DNA from: an uncultured delta proteobacterium
GTDB lineage: Bacteria > Desulfobacterota > Binatia > UBA9968
Length of the DNA: 64,000 nucleotides
Direction of reading: 5' to 3'
NCBI GenBank assembly: GCA_963771465.1
Contig: CAVYTU010000015.1
Location: 1,024,001-1,088,000, forward strand
The notes under the pieces: generated by a model
Database searches by the model: none
Seen by the model: the letters and a program-made list of their open reading frames with translations, nothing else
What the model was told of the DNA's origin: nothing
Part shown: one piece after another, positions 40,046 to 50,564 of the stretch
Numbering within the stretch: the stretch's first letter is position 1
Layout: each line of letters opens with the position of its first letter
Program-made: the position numbers and the translations under genes

Positions 40046-41563
40046 TTAACTATGGAGATGTGGAATCACGATCTGATTGAGCTGGTCCAACGACGCGCGC
40101 AACAGATCCAAAACCACCTGCGGATAGATGCCGACCAGGATCACGATCACACCCAGCGGCACTAACGTGAAAATTTCCCGGCCGTTGATCTCCGCCATAT
40201 TTAGGTATTTCTCATTGGGTGGACCGAGATAGACGCGCTGAATGGTCCAGAGTAAATAGCCGGCCGTTAGTATCACGCCGCTGGCGCCGAGGATCGTCAG
40301 CACCGGATATTTCTGCCAAACGCCGAGTAAGACTAAAACCTCCGATATAAAACCGGAGAGTCCCGGCAACCCCATGGACGCGAAGAAAGCCAACGCGGTT
40401 ACCCCTGTATACACCGGCATGATCGCCGCCAAGCCGCCGAAGCCATCGATCTCGCGATGATGCGCGCGGTCGTAAACCACGCCGACGAGAAGAAAGAGCA
40501 TGCCGGTGATCGTGCCGTGGTTGAACATCTGCAACACCGCGCCGTTGAGTCCCTGGGTCGTGAAGCTCGCCATGCCGAGCATGACGTAGCCCATATGGCT
40601 GACGCTGGAGTAAGCGACCAGTTTTTTCAAATCCTTTTGCGCCATGGCGCAAAGCGCGCCGTAAATAATATTCCACGCGCCAAGCGCGCCGAGAAACCAG
40701 TAGGCTAAATCCGCGGTGGCGACCGGCAACATCGGGAAATTGACGCGAAGAATGCCGTAGGTGCCCATCTTCAAGAGCACACCGGCGAGGATGACCGAAA
40801 TCGCCGTCGGTGCTTCGACGTGGGCGTCCGGCAGCCAGGTGTGAAACGGAAAGGCAGGAATTTTAATGGCGAAACCGATGAATAGCGCCATCCAGATCAC
40901 ATGCTGGAAGCCCCAGCCCCAGACGTTGAACGGCCACATCGCCAGCGGCTGTGTGCCGTATCTATTCGCCTGCGCCATCAGCACGGTCATGTCAAAGGTA
41001 TGCGGCTCCACGGTAAAATACAGGGCGAGAATCGCCAGCAGCATCAATACGCTGCCAAACAGCGTGTAGAGAAAAAACTTGATCGCCGCGTATTCGCGCC
41101 GCGGTCCGCCCCAGATGCCGATGAGAAAATACATCGGCAACAGCATGACTTCCCAAAAAATATAAAAAAGGAAAAAATCTAGAGCGCAAAACACGCCCAT
41201 CATGCCGGCGTCGAGCATGAGAAACAGTGCGAAATAACCCTTGACCGCTTTTTCGATGCCGAAGGAGGCGAAAATACAGATGAAACTCAAAAGCGCGGTG
41301 AGCAACACCATGGAAATACTGAGACCGTCGATACCCATGAAGTAACTAATATTGTAAGCGGGAATCCACTGATACTTCTCCATGAATTGAAAGCCAGCTT
41401 TGCTGCGGTCGAAATTGTTGAACAGCCAAATCGCCATCAGGAGCGGCGGCACCGTCACCCCGGCGGAAAACCAACGGATCAGCTTGGCGTTGTTCGGCAG
41501 CGCCAAAACGATCGCCGCTCCCGCCAGCGGGATGAAAGTCATGTAGGTGAGCACGTTTTCCAT
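40046..41563 (-). CDS. nuoM: NADH-quinone oxidoreductase subunit M
   Basis: GIDGLS, FWE, AAIKFFLYT, PFHTWLPDAHVEAPT, LLKMG-x-YG. Confidence 0.97.
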   Translation of the reverse strand: MENVLTYMTFIPLAGAAIVLALPNNAKLIRWFSAGVTVPPLLMAIWLFNNFDRSKAGFQFMEKYQWIPAYNISYFMGIDGLSISMVLLTALLSFICIFASFGIEKAVKGYFALFLMLDAGMMGVFCALDFFLFYIFWEVMLLPMYFLIGIWGGPRREYAAIKFFLYTLFGSVLMLLAILALYFTVEPHTFDMTVLMAQANRYGTQPLAMWPFNVWGWGFQHVIWMALFIGFAIKIPAFPFHTWLPDAHVEAPTAISVILAGVLLKMGTYGILRVNFPMLPVATADLAYWFLGALGAWNIIYGALCAMAQKDLKKLVAYSSVSHMGYVMLGMASFTTQGLNGAVLQMFNHGTITGMLFLLVGVVYDRAHHREIDGFGGLAAIMPVYTGVTALAFFASMGLPGLSGFISEVLVLLGVWQKYPVLTILGASGVILTAGYLLWTIQRVYLGPPNEKYLNMAEINGREIFTLVPLGVIVILVGIYPQVVLDLLRASLDQLNQIVIPHLHS

Positions 41564-41584
41564 CTTGTCGATTCTCCCTGCCGA

Positions 41585-43627
41585 TCAACTCCAGTAACGA
41601 ACTTTGACGTAAATGGCCAATGCCATCGCCATCAGAATGCCGTAGAGATAGCTATTGATGTTGCCGGTCTGCACCCGGCGAACCTTGTTGCCGACCCAAA
41701 AAGTGAAGTTGGCCACCGCATTGACGATGCCATCAATGATGTAGGCGTCGAACAAACCGTTCAGCCAGGACGCGAAACGCGTCAGAGCCGCGGCGCCATT
41801 GACGATGCCGTCGACGATGTAGGCGTCGAATGCCGACCAGAAGCGCGCTAGAACCAATGTCCCGTTGACGAACACCGCTTGATAAAACTCGTCAAAATAC
41901 CACTTACGGTCGAAGACTCGATAGAAGAAACCGCCGGCGAGATTGCTAAATAGCTCTGGCGAGAGCGACTCGCGCCGATACATGAGATAGGCGAGGAAGA
42001 CGCCGAACGCCGCGACGGTCACCGAAACCGCCATCAGGCCCCATTCCATCGCATGCGACGCGTGCCCTTCTGCGTGGGCGTGAATCACCGGCTCGAGCCA
42101 ATGCGCAAATTGGCTGCCGCCGAGCACGCCGGGCAAACCGATCAAGCCAGCGAAGATCGCGCCGATAGCCAGAATCACCAGCGGCATCGTCATCACTGAC
42201 GGCGACTCATGCAAATGTTCTTGGGTGTGATGGTCGGCGCGGCACTTGCCGTAAAAAGTCATGAACAATTGGCGAAACATATAAAACGCCGTCATGCCCG
42301 CGCCGCACAGCGCCAAAAACCACACGAGCTTGTTGCCGTGCTCACTGGTGAACGCCAGCCAAAGAATTTCATCCTTGGAGAAAAAACCGGCGAATGGCGG
42401 AAAGCCGGCGATGGCGAGCACGGAAATGAAAAACGTAGAGAAGGTCAACGGCATCCACTGCTTGAGTCCGCCCATTTTGCGCATGTCCTGTTCATGATGC
42501 ATGGCGTGGATCACGCTGCCGGCGCCGAGGAAGAGACAAGCTTTGAAGAATGCGTGGGTCATTAAGTGAAACACAGCCGCAGCGTAACCGCCAACGCCGA
42601 TCCCGATGAACATGTAGCCGAGTTGGCTGACGGTGGAGTAAGCGAGAACTTTTTTGATATCGTTCTGCGTCAGCGCGATGGTCGCCGCCAGTAACGCGGT
42701 GGCAACACCCACGAATGCGATGAGATGCATTGTCGCCGGCGCCATGGAGAAGAAAACATTCATGCGCGCCGTCATATAAACGCCGGCAGTAACCATGGTC
42801 GCCGCATGGATGAGCGCGCTGACGGGCGTCGGGCCGGCCATGGCGTCGGGCAGCCAAACGAAAAGCGGAATCTGCGCCGACTTGCCAGTCGCGCCGACAA
42901 AAAGGAAAAGCGTCGCCAGGGTGACAACTGAATAACCCCAAAGGGTCATGTTCTGAATCGACGGCGCCCACTTGACCATCTCGCGGAACGTCAAAGAGCC
43001 GTGTCCCTGGGCATCGAGCGACCAGAACAGCAGAAACATGCCGAGCACGAAACCGAAGTCGCCGACCCGGTTGACGATGAAAGCTTTGTTGCCGGCGCGC
43101 GCGTTGGCGTGATCATGATACCAAAAGCCGATCAGAGCGTAGGAACACAAACCGACGCCTTCCCAACCGACGAAGAGCACGAGCAAGCTATCGCCCAACA
43201 CCAGCGTCAGCATCGCCGCGGTGAAGAGATTTAAATACGCGAAGAAGCGCCAGAAGGCTTTGTCGTCATGCATGTAGCCGGTGGCGTAGATATGAATCAA
43301 CCCGCCGATGCCGGTGACGACGAGAATCATCACCGCCGATAAGGGATCGATCAAGAATGCCATGTCGACTTTGAGCGAGCCGAGATGGATCCACGTGTAA
43401 AGATTATCGATCAGGAAGCGCTTTTCCGGCGCGAGATTTTTAAGTATGAGCAACGCATTGAGCGAAAGTCCGAACGCGACGATCACCGGCGCACAGGCAA
43501 TCACGCCGATGGCGCCTTTGCCCATGCTTTTTTGAATTTTTGCGCCGAGCAATCCATTGATGATCGCGCCAAGCAGCGGCAAGAACACGATCCAACGGAT
43601 AAAATCTGTCTGTATCGGACTTTCCAT
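41585..43627 (-). CDS. nuoL: NADH-quinone oxidoreductase subunit L
   Basis: GWEGVG, NRVGD, GKSAQ-x-PL-x-x-WLPDAMAGPTPVSALIHAATMV, HAFFKA. Confidence 0.97.
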   Translation of the reverse strand: MESPIQTDFIRWIVFLPLLGAIINGLLGAKIQKSMGKGAIGVIACAPVIVAFGLSLNALLILKNLAPEKRFLIDNLYTWIHLGSLKVDMAFLIDPLSAVMILVVTGIGGLIHIYATGYMHDDKAFWRFFAYLNLFTAAMLTLVLGDSLLVLFVGWEGVGLCSYALIGFWYHDHANARAGNKAFIVNRVGDFGFVLGMFLLFWSLDAQGHGSLTFREMVKWAPSIQNMTLWGYSVVTLATLFLFVGATGKSAQIPLFVWLPDAMAGPTPVSALIHAATMVTAGVYMTARMNVFFSMAPATMHLIAFVGVATALLAATIALTQNDIKKVLAYSTVSQLGYMFIGIGVGGYAAAVFHLMTHAFFKACLFLGAGSVIHAMHHEQDMRKMGGLKQWMPLTFSTFFISVLAIAGFPPFAGFFSKDEILWLAFTSEHGNKLVWFLALCGAGMTAFYMFRQLFMTFYGKCRADHHTQEHLHESPSVMTMPLVILAIGAIFAGLIGLPGVLGGSQFAHWLEPVIHAHAEGHASHAMEWGLMAVSVTVAAFGVFLAYLMYRRESLSPELFSNLAGGFFYRVFDRKWYFDEFYQAVFVNGTLVLARFWSAFDAYIVDGIVNGAAALTRFASWLNGLFDAYIIDGIVNAVANFTFWVGNKVRRVQTGNINSYLYGILMAMALAIYVKVRYWS

Positions 43628-43664
43628 CAACAAGCCTTGAACTTTTGGACCCTTGAACCTTGAA

Positions 43665-43976
43665 TTAGTCTTTTAATGTTTCCGCCGCTTCGACATCGAT
43701 GGTGTGGAAGAGCTGGAAAATCGCCAAGACGATCGCCAAGCCCACCGCAGCCTCCGCCGCCGCCAACATGATGACGAAGATCGCGTAAATTTGACCGGCA
43801 TGATTGCCGCTGCCGAAATGGGAAAACGCGACGTAATTAATATTGGCGCTGTTGAGAATCAGCTCGACGCCCATCAGCACGCTGATGGCGTTACGCCGGG
43901 TCAGCACCGTGAACATACCCAGTGAAAAAAGAATCGCGCCGATGATGAGATAGGAAGAGAGCTCGTTGGGCGACAT
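43665..43976 (-). CDS. nuoK: NADH-quinone oxidoreductase subunit K
   Basis: RRN-x-I-x-x-LM-x-VEL-x-LN, AAAEAAVGLAI. Confidence 0.96.
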   Translation of the reverse strand: MSPNELSSYLIIGAILFSLGMFTVLTRRNAISVLMGVELILNSANINYVAFSHFGSGNHAGQIYAIFVIMLAAAEAAVGLAIVLAIFQLFHTIDVEAAETLKD

Positions 43977-43978
43977 GA

Positions 43979-44479
43979 CTACTCTTTGATCTCCTTGCGC
44001 GACAGCACCACGGCGCCGATCATGGCACCCAGCAACACCAACGAGGCGAGCTCGAAGGGCAAAAGATACTCGTACAAAAACGAATCGCCGATTTTGGCGG
44101 TGGTGGCGGCATAGACGACTTCCTTGGCTTTAACCCAAGGCGTCTCTCTTATCGTCTGAATCAGCAGATAAATAAACACGCCGATCACCAGTAACGCCGG
44201 CACTGTTCCCGCGGCGCGATTGGTGATCTCGACATCGGTGATCCGGTGCGTCAGCATGACCGCGAACAGAATCAAAACCAGAATGCCGCCGACGTAGATC
44301 AGCAGCTGCACCGCGGCGACAAAATCGGCGCCGAGAAAAACATAGATGCCGGCCACGCCCATGAACGTTCCCAGGAGCGAAAACGCCGAGTAAATGATGT
44401 TGCGCGAGAACGCCACCATGCCGGCGGAAACCACCGTGACGAGACAGATTAGATAAAAAACCGCCGTCGAGACATCCAT
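43979..44479 (-). CDS. nuoJ: NADH-quinone oxidoreductase subunit J
   Basis: Q-x-x-IYVG-x-I-x-VL-x-LF-x-VML, Y-x-LPFE-x-x-S. Confidence 0.95.
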   Translation of the reverse strand: MDVSTAVFYLICLVTVVSAGMVAFSRNIIYSAFSLLGTFMGVAGIYVFLGADFVAAVQLLIYVGGILVLILFAVMLTHRITDVEITNRAAGTVPALLVIGVFIYLLIQTIRETPWVKAKEVVYAATTAKIGDSFLYEYLLPFELASLVLLGAMIGAVVLSRKEIKE

Positions 44480-44598
44480 AACTTTCTCTAGTTTGTGGGA
44501 TCGCGGAAAAAGAAAACTTTTGGATCAAATACCGGAAGATCCAAAATGGATCAAGAGGCGTGGCTATTCAATCGCCGGTCGCCCCTCATCAGGTGTGC

Positions 44599-45156
44599 CT
44601 ATTTCTCCTCGGCCGCCCCTCCATCCGGCGTGGCGAACTCATCCATGTACGCCTGGCCGATTTCCACCTTGGTGATCAACTTTGGCTCGGTTTCGCCGCC
44701 CTTCTTGGGTTTGTACAGATTCGCCGCCTGCGGCGCGAAGTGGCGCACCAGCCCGGCGGGATTGTAGCTCGCTCCTTCGAATTCCGTGGAATGGCGGATC
44801 GCGCCGGTCGGGCAAGACTCGGAACAGATGCCGCAGTACATGCACTTGCAGACATCGATATCGAAGTGGGTAAAGTAGCGCTGTTTGGTCTCCTTGTTCA
44901 TGTCGATGCCGATGGTGATGCAGGTGATCGGACAATCGCGTTCACACGCCAAGCAGCCGGTGCAGATGTCTAAATCGACTTCGAGGATACCACGGTAACG
45001 ATGCGGCAGAGTCTCTTGGATCGGCACCGGAATCTTGTCCGGATACTGGATCGTCATCGGCCGGCGCATCAAATGTGAAAAGGTGATCGACATTCCCTCG
45101 AACGTTGACGACACCGTGTCTTTGATATCTCTTATGTAACTCGCAACAACTCCCAT
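44599..45156 (-). CDS. nuoI: NADH-quinone oxidoreductase subunit I
   Basis: T-x-QYP, RYRG, two CxxCxxCxxxCP motifs. Confidence 0.95.
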   Translation of the reverse strand: MGVVASYIRDIKDTVSSTFEGMSITFSHLMRRPMTIQYPDKIPVPIQETLPHRYRGILEVDLDICTGCLACERDCPITCITIGIDMNKETKQRYFTHFDIDVCKCMYCGICSESCPTGAIRHSTEFEGASYNPAGLVRHFAPQAANLYKPKKGGETEPKLITKVEIGQAYMDEFATPDGGAAEEK

Positions 45157-45169
45157 AGAACCTCAGCAA

Positions 45170-46357
45170 CTAAATATGCGGCCGCCAATAAAGCTCCGGC
45201 TTGGCAGCGCGAAACTGAAAACCGACCCGGCGAAAAAAATTAATCACCGTCGCAATTGCGAAGCCGAGCGTCAGCGCGCCGACAATACGCTGCCCTTGAT
45301 CCGATATGAACATGAAACCGATGGTGCCCAGCAGGCAAATGAACGACAGCGGCACCATGTACTTCCAGCAGAGCGACATCAGTTGATCGACGCGCACGCG
45401 CGGCAACGTTGCCCGTATCCACATGGCGACGAAGACCCAAAAGTAAGCTTTTAGAAAAAACGTCACAAACTGCAAAATCGCCAACAGCACCGGGTTGTCG
45501 GTCACCGGCGGCACTTGCCAGCCGCCCATGAACAGCGTCGTCGCTACCGCGCCGATGACATAAAGATTTCCCCATTCAGCGAAGAAGAAAAATAGAAAGC
45601 GCATGCCGCTGTATTCGGTAACATATCCTGCGACTAATTCGGACTCGGCTTCGGGAATGTCGAAAGGTGTGCGGTTGCCTTCCGCTAAGGCAGCGGTGAA
45701 AAAGAGAAAGAACGCGCAAAAAGTAAACGGATTGTGGAACATGAACCAATCCCACGGTCCCCAGCCCTGGGCTTTGATGATGCCCTGCATGCTCAGCGTG
45801 CCGGCGAGGAACACGATGGTGAGCACCGACAGTCCCGCGGGAATTTCGTAGCTGACGATTTGCGCCGCCGAGCGCATGCCGCCGAGCAGCGACCATTTGT
45901 TGTTGGACGACCAGCCGGCCATCAGAATGCCGACGACGACCAGCGACGTAACCGCCAGCAGATAGAGAATGCCGATGTTGAGATCGGCGACGATCAAGTC
46001 GGCTCCGAAAGGAATCACCACGAAGGCACAAAGAAAACCCATGAAGACGATATAGGGCGCCAGCGGAAATAGCTTTTGATCGGCGGCCGTCGGAATGATG
46101 TCTTCCTTCATGATGTTTTTGATGCCGTCGGCGAGCCACTGAAGAATTCCCTGCGGGCCGACGCGGTTTGGCCCGACGCGCGACTGCATGCGCGCCCAGA
46201 CGCGCCGTTCGAGCCAACTGGTCACGCCGGCCAACGGCGCGACGAAGACGGAAAGCACGACCACTGCGCTGAGGACCATGGCGATGGCGTAAACAACTTC
46301 TCTCGGCACGCCGGCGAAGGCGCCGTCTTTCATCATCTGGTCAAGTAAAGCTTGCAT
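45170..46357 (-). CDS. nuoH: NADH-quinone oxidoreductase subunit H
   Basis: ERR...Q-x-R-x-GPNRVG, R-x-x-AQ-x-x-SYE, R-x-PFD-x-PEAESELV-x-G. Confidence 0.97.
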   Translation of the reverse strand: MQALLDQMMKDGAFAGVPREVVYAIAMVLSAVVVLSVFVAPLAGVTSWLERRVWARMQSRVGPNRVGPQGILQWLADGIKNIMKEDIIPTAADQKLFPLAPYIVFMGFLCAFVVIPFGADLIVADLNIGILYLLAVTSLVVVGILMAGWSSNNKWSLLGGMRSAAQIVSYEIPAGLSVLTIVFLAGTLSMQGIIKAQGWGPWDWFMFHNPFTFCAFFLFFTAALAEGNRTPFDIPEAESELVAGYVTEYSGMRFLFFFFAEWGNLYVIGAVATTLFMGGWQVPPVTDNPVLLAILQFVTFFLKAYFWVFVAMWIRATLPRVRVDQLMSLCWKYMVPLSFICLLGTIGFMFISDQGQRIVGALTLGFAIATVINFFRRVGFQFRAAKPELYWRPHI

Positions 46358-46376
46358 GATCGATTTCTAATTCTGG

Positions 46377-47513
46377 TTAACGGTCGATTTCCGGTGCGTC
46401 GACGTCGAGGCTGCCGATCAAGGCGATCAAATCGGCGACCATGATGCCCTTGCTGAGCTTGTCGATGATACTCATCGCCGTAAAGGAGCCGGTGCGGATG
46501 CGCACCCGGTAAGGATATTCACTGCCGTCGCTGACGACGTAAAAACCCATATCGCCGCGCGGTGCCTCGACTCGGGCGTAACATTCGCCCACCGGCGGTT
46601 TGAATTTTTTCGGCACTTTGGCGATGGCCGGCCCTTTGGGCAACATCTTGAGACACTGGTAGAGAATTTTTACGCTTTCTTGCATCTCGCGGATGCGCAC
46701 CCAAAAACGATCGTAGCTGTCGCCCAGCGTGCCCACCTGTGCCGTGCCGACGGGCACCTCAAAATCTAATTCGGGATAAATGGAATAAGGAATATCGCGC
46801 CGGATGTCCCACTTGATGCCCGAGCCGCGCAGATTAGGCCCAACTAAATTGTAAGACAGCGCATCTTCCTTACTGACCACAGCCACGCCGGCCAAGCGCT
46901 GGATGAAAATCTTGTTACCGGAGAGCAATCGGTTGAACTCTTCGACAATGGGCCCAAAATGATCCAGGAACTCGACGATCCTGGTCAAAGTGTCCGGCAG
47001 GATATCGTAGCCAACACCGCCGATGCGGATGTAGTTATAAGTCAGCCGGGCGCCGCAAATCTCTTCCATCAAATTATTGATCGACTCGCGCTCGCGCAAA
47101 GCGTGGACAAAGGGCGTCATCGCGCCGATGTCCTGACCGAACGTGCCAACGGAAATCAGATGGCTGGCCAGGCGATTGAGCTCGCAAGCGATTATGCGGC
47201 AAAATTCGCCGCGCCGGGACACTTCGGTGCCGGCCAATTTTTCCGCCGCCATGCAGAACGCCTGATTGGCGAACATCGCGGCAAGATAATCCGCCCGGTC
47301 GGTGTACGGCACGTAGCCGTGATAGGTAACCTTCTCGCCGATCTTTTCGATGGAGCGGTGCAGATAGCCGACGTCCGGGATCGCTTCGCTGATCACTTCG
47401 CCGTCGGTCTTGATGACGAAGCGCAAAACGCCGTGGGTCGACGGATGCTGCGGCCCGACGCTGATCGTCATCTCTTCGGTAAAGAAACCCTGTGCTGGAG
47501 CCGTTTCGCTCAT
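46377..47513 (-). CDS. nuoD: NADH-quinone oxidoreductase subunit D
   Basis: GPQHPSTHGVLR, GYLHR, R-x-DY, EAPRG, terminal E-x-DR; no NiFe CxxC motifs. Confidence 0.96.
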   Translation of the reverse strand: MSETAPAQGFFTEEMTISVGPQHPSTHGVLRFVIKTDGEVISEAIPDVGYLHRSIEKIGEKVTYHGYVPYTDRADYLAAMFANQAFCMAAEKLAGTEVSRRGEFCRIIACELNRLASHLISVGTFGQDIGAMTPFVHALRERESINNLMEEICGARLTYNYIRIGGVGYDILPDTLTRIVEFLDHFGPIVEEFNRLLSGNKIFIQRLAGVAVVSKEDALSYNLVGPNLRGSGIKWDIRRDIPYSIYPELDFEVPVGTAQVGTLGDSYDRFWVRIREMQESVKILYQCLKMLPKGPAIAKVPKKFKPPVGECYARVEAPRGDMGFYVVSDGSEYPYRVRIRTGSFTAMSIIDKLSKGIMVADLIALIGSLDVDAPEIDR

Positions 47514-47523
47514 GGCAATCCTA

Positions 47524-48030
47524 TTATCGCAACAACTTTTCTACTAACGGCGCGCGCTGGGTGCTGATGCCGTCGTACTCTTCCTGCTCGACGTAGTCTT
47601 TGCGCAGCGGAAATCCCACCCAATCTTCCGGCAACATGATGCGGCGCAAATCCGTATGGCCGTCGAAGATCACGCCGAACAGATCATAAACTTCGCGCTC
47701 GAACCAGTTCGCCACTTTCCAGATCTCTTCCAGGGTGGCGATTTTGGGATTATCCCGCGGCAAATCGACTTTCAGGACAATCTGATGATTTTGCGCATAA
47801 GAAAACAGATGGTAAACGACTTGGATCTTTTCTTCCTTAGGCCAATCGAGCGCGGTCAAGTCAGACAGCACTTCGAAACGATACCCAGGTGAATTGCGCA
47901 GGAAGCGGCAGATTTCGACAATCGCCGCGCTGTCGACGTTCAAACAAGGCTCCATCGCCTCGCCTTTGAAGTTGCCAACCTTGCCGGGAAAAAGTTTTTC
48001 CAGCGAGCCGTAGATTTCCTGGGCGTCCAT
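47524..48030 (-). CDS. nuoC: NADH-quinone oxidoreductase subunit C
   Basis: ANWFEREVYDLFG, H-x-DLRRI, G-x-PLRKD. Confidence 0.96.
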   Translation of the reverse strand: MDAQEIYGSLEKLFPGKVGNFKGEAMEPCLNVDSAAIVEICRFLRNSPGYRFEVLSDLTALDWPKEEKIQVVYHLFSYAQNHQIVLKVDLPRDNPKIATLEEIWKVANWFEREVYDLFGVIFDGHTDLRRIMLPEDWVGFPLRKDYVEQEEYDGISTQRAPLVEKLLR

Positions 48031-48045
48031 CGTCGCTAATTTTTC

Positions 48046-48552
48046 TTAAGCCTCGGCCGAACTCGCCGCGCGCGGTTTTACCAGCCAGCGTTCACGCATG
48101 ATTTTGTCTTGGATTCTGAGCAACCCTTCGGTCAATGCCTCGGGCCGCGGCGGGCAGCCGGGTACGTACACATCGACGGGGACGATTTTGTCGACACCTT
48201 TGCAGACTGAATAGGCGAGCTGAAACAAGCCGCCGCAGTTGGAACAACTTCCCATGGAGATAACGTATTTGGGGTCAGGCATTTGGTCGTAGAGCAGCTT
48301 GGTGCGTTTGGCCATTTTGTAAGTCAACGTGCCGGCGACGATCATCAAATCGGATTGGCGCGGGGTCGCCCGCGGCACGGCGCCAAAACGGTCCACATCG
48401 GCGCGCGGCCCGCCGGTTTGCATCAATTCAATGGCGCAGCAAGCCAGACCGAAAAGCATGTACCATTGGGAAGAGGCACGCCCCCAATTGAGCAGTTCGT
48501 CGACCTTTGTCGTGAAAACGGTTTCAGGCAGTGAATTGATTAATGGTTTCAT
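48046..48552 (-). CDS. nuoB: NADH-quinone oxidoreductase subunit B
   Basis: [11 protein letters not shown]-x-[16 protein letters not shown]. Confidence 0.97.
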   Translation of the reverse strand: MKPLINSLPETVFTTKVDELLNWGRASSQWYMLFGLACCAIELMQTGGPRADVDRFGAVPRATPRQSDLMIVAGTLTYKMAKRTKLLYDQMPDPKYVISMGSCSNCGGLFQLAYSVCKGVDKIVPVDVYVPGCPPRPEALTEGLLRIQDKIMRERWLVKPRAASSAEA

Positions 48553-48577
48553 GGCATTCCTCCAAAAGTCCCCTATA

Positions 48578-48964
48578 TCAGGGTTGGACCTTCTTCACCC
48601 AGTCCAAATCGCCCTTGGTCCAGGCATAAATTAAACCAAGAAAAAGAATGCCGATAAAGAGCAGAACCTCAATGAGAGCATACACACCGACGCCGCCTTC
48701 AACCCAGCGCCGGAACACCGCAGCGACGGGGAAAATGAAAGCGATTTCAACCTCGAAAATGATAAAAATCAGGGCGACCAAATAGAAACGAATGTTGAAA
48801 TTGACCCAGGCGCTGCCGGTAGACGGCTCGCCGCACTCATAAGTCGACAGCTTGCGCGTCTGCGGATTGGCCGGCCTGAGCAACTTGCCGATCAGCAGAT
48901 TGACACCGACGAATCCAAGCCCTAATGCCGTAAATACTAGGACATTAGCAAAATCAAATAGCAT
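48578..48964 (-). CDS. nuoA: NADH-quinone oxidoreductase subunit A
   Basis: YECG, FYLVAL-x-FIIF-x-VE, KG-x-L-x-W. Confidence 0.96.
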   Translation of the reverse strand: MLFDFANVLVFTALGLGFVGVNLLIGKLLRPANPQTRKLSTYECGEPSTGSAWVNFNIRFYLVALIFIIFEVEIAFIFPVAAVFRRWVEGGVGVYALIEVLLFIGILFLGLIYAWTKGDLDWVKKVQP

Positions 48965-49377
48965 CGTAAGTTTCCGTAGTTACACAAGAAGAAAGGCTAC
49001 AATCACTAATAATCACAAATGCTCCGGAGAATCAACCAGCACTGGAAGCGTCAATCGCTGCAAAAAGTTTGCAATCCGCTGATTTTTGCCGAGAGTCGAT
49101 ACCCGGTCCTTCTTCCGGGTATCTGCGCGAGCAGCGCGATATTTCTTTTCGAGACTGTCTAGTACTGGACAGCAAGCCCTACCGAGTCAGCGTAGCCTAA
49201 GCGATCTTTGTCGGTCTCGGTCGATGGGATGTAGTGGTTCATTCTCCTGGGGACGCGCCACAGGCAAGCGAACAGTTTCACAGAGACATGACCTTATTAA
49301 CAACGCGGCATGATGCCGCACAACCATACGAGTCAACCGCTTGGCGGTTCGCCTCGGTGAAGGAAAGGAGCACGGTT

Positions 49378-50058
49378 ATGAGTGGAAAAACCGACCAGAT
49401 CAAAGGGCGGATCAAAGAGGCAGCAAGTGCGCTATCCATTGTGACAGGAGGACAGACGACGAAACGAAGACTACTAGTGTCGCTGCTCCCGCTCTGCGCG
49501 GGGCTGTTGGTGGCGGTAGCGTGCACGGGGCCAGCCGGTCCAGCGGGTCCGACGGGGATGACGGGGCGCCAGGGTTCTACCGGGATGACCGGCGTACAGG
49601 GCTCTACCGGCATGACCGGCGTGCAGGGCTCGACTGGGATGACAGGCGTACAGGGCCCGACAGGAAGCACCGGGGCCCAGGGCGCGCCAGCGTCGTCGCC
49701 GCAGCCGGGGGCTCCCTGGATGTTGGTGAAGGAGTTCATGTTTGACTATGACAGGCCGGACATCCGGTATTCGGAGTCGAGAAAGCCCGGCGAAATTGCG
49801 GCCTACTTGAGCCAGTATCCGTCCGTACGGTTCGGGATCGCCGGCTACACGGATAGGCAGAGCACCGATCAGTACAATCTGCCGCTGAGCCAGCGCCGGG
49901 TCGAGAACGTTCGTGACGCGCTGATTCAGGCGGGGGTGCCGGCGGACCGGATTGAGACCGGCACGTTCGGTACGGATCGGTTCATGTGTAATTCGTCCAG
50001 CGAGCAGTGCCCACGGCGCGAGGGGCGAGTCGAAGTGCTGGCCCGCGCCAGCTACTAG
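49378..50058 (+). CDS. OmpA-family lipoprotein with a collagen-like stalk and a CsbD-like N-terminal extension
   Basis: Lipobox VAVAC, 18 Gly-X-Y triplets, F-D-Y-D, GYTD, YN-x-x-LS-x-RR and RVE OmpA C-terminal motifs. Confidence 0.8.
   Translation: MSGKTDQIKGRIKEAASALSIVTGGQTTKRRLLVSLLPLCAGLLVAVACTGPAGPAGPTGMTGRQGSTGMTGVQGSTGMTGVQGSTGMTGVQGPTGSTGAQGAPASSPQPGAPWMLVKEFMFDYDRPDIRYSESRKPGEIAAYLSQYPSVRFGIAGYTDRQSTDQYNLPLSQRRVENVRDALIQAGVPADRIETGTFGTDRFMCNSSSEQCPRREGRVEVLARASY
49528..49689 (+). repeat. Collagen-like (Gly-X-Y)18 with a 27-nt higher-order unit GSTGMTGVQ
   Basis: Direct reading of codons; synonymous differences between units. Confidence 0.9.
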
Positions 50059-50072
50059 CACACGCGGTCAGG

Positions 50073-50107
50073 GGATCTCCTTCGCGTACAGGACGCGAAG
50101 GAGATCC
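50073..50107. terminator. 15-bp perfect hairpin after the OmpA gene
   Basis: GGATCTCCTTCGCGT-ACAGG-ACGCGAAGGAGATCC; no U tract. Confidence 0.6.
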
Positions 50108-50564
50108 GCCGAGGTTGCCAGGTTTCATAGGCCAAGGACCACCAGGCGTCATTGCTGCCGCGCCGATAGACATAGGGAAGATGATTGGTGCCAGTCGCGA
50201 TTGATAGTCGGAGGGCAGAGCTTTGGGCTCTGAGAGTAAGCTAATAATCTGCGCGTCAGTCAACGCAATTACCATCAGAGTTTCCGATGTCTATTTCTTC
50301 AAGCGCGCGCCTGTTCACCTTTCGCATAAAAATCGAAGATCGATGATTGTTATGCTGGCCTCGTTGCGGCGCAATCCGTGCGCTCGGCCTGGGGTTCTAA
50401 TTTTCATTGGAGCACTAGCACGGTCGCATTCCCGTGCAAGTCGGCCGTCGTCAGCGCTCTGCTTGGCTATCCTGTAGTTGCCCTCCAGTAATATTTTGTC
50501 TACAGTCGGTCACGTTTGCCGTGTCGCGCGGTCGATGGCAAGTTGATCGCTGCGCCATACAGAA

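Noticed and set aside
43636-43664. Short CCTTGAA-like repeats between nuoK and nuoL
   Set aside because: Only about three degenerate heptamers; no evidence of function.
50190-50275. Minus-strand fragment MVIALTDAQIISLLSEPKALPSDYQSRL
   Set aside because: Looks like a truncated protein N-terminus, but I cannot assign a family with confidence.
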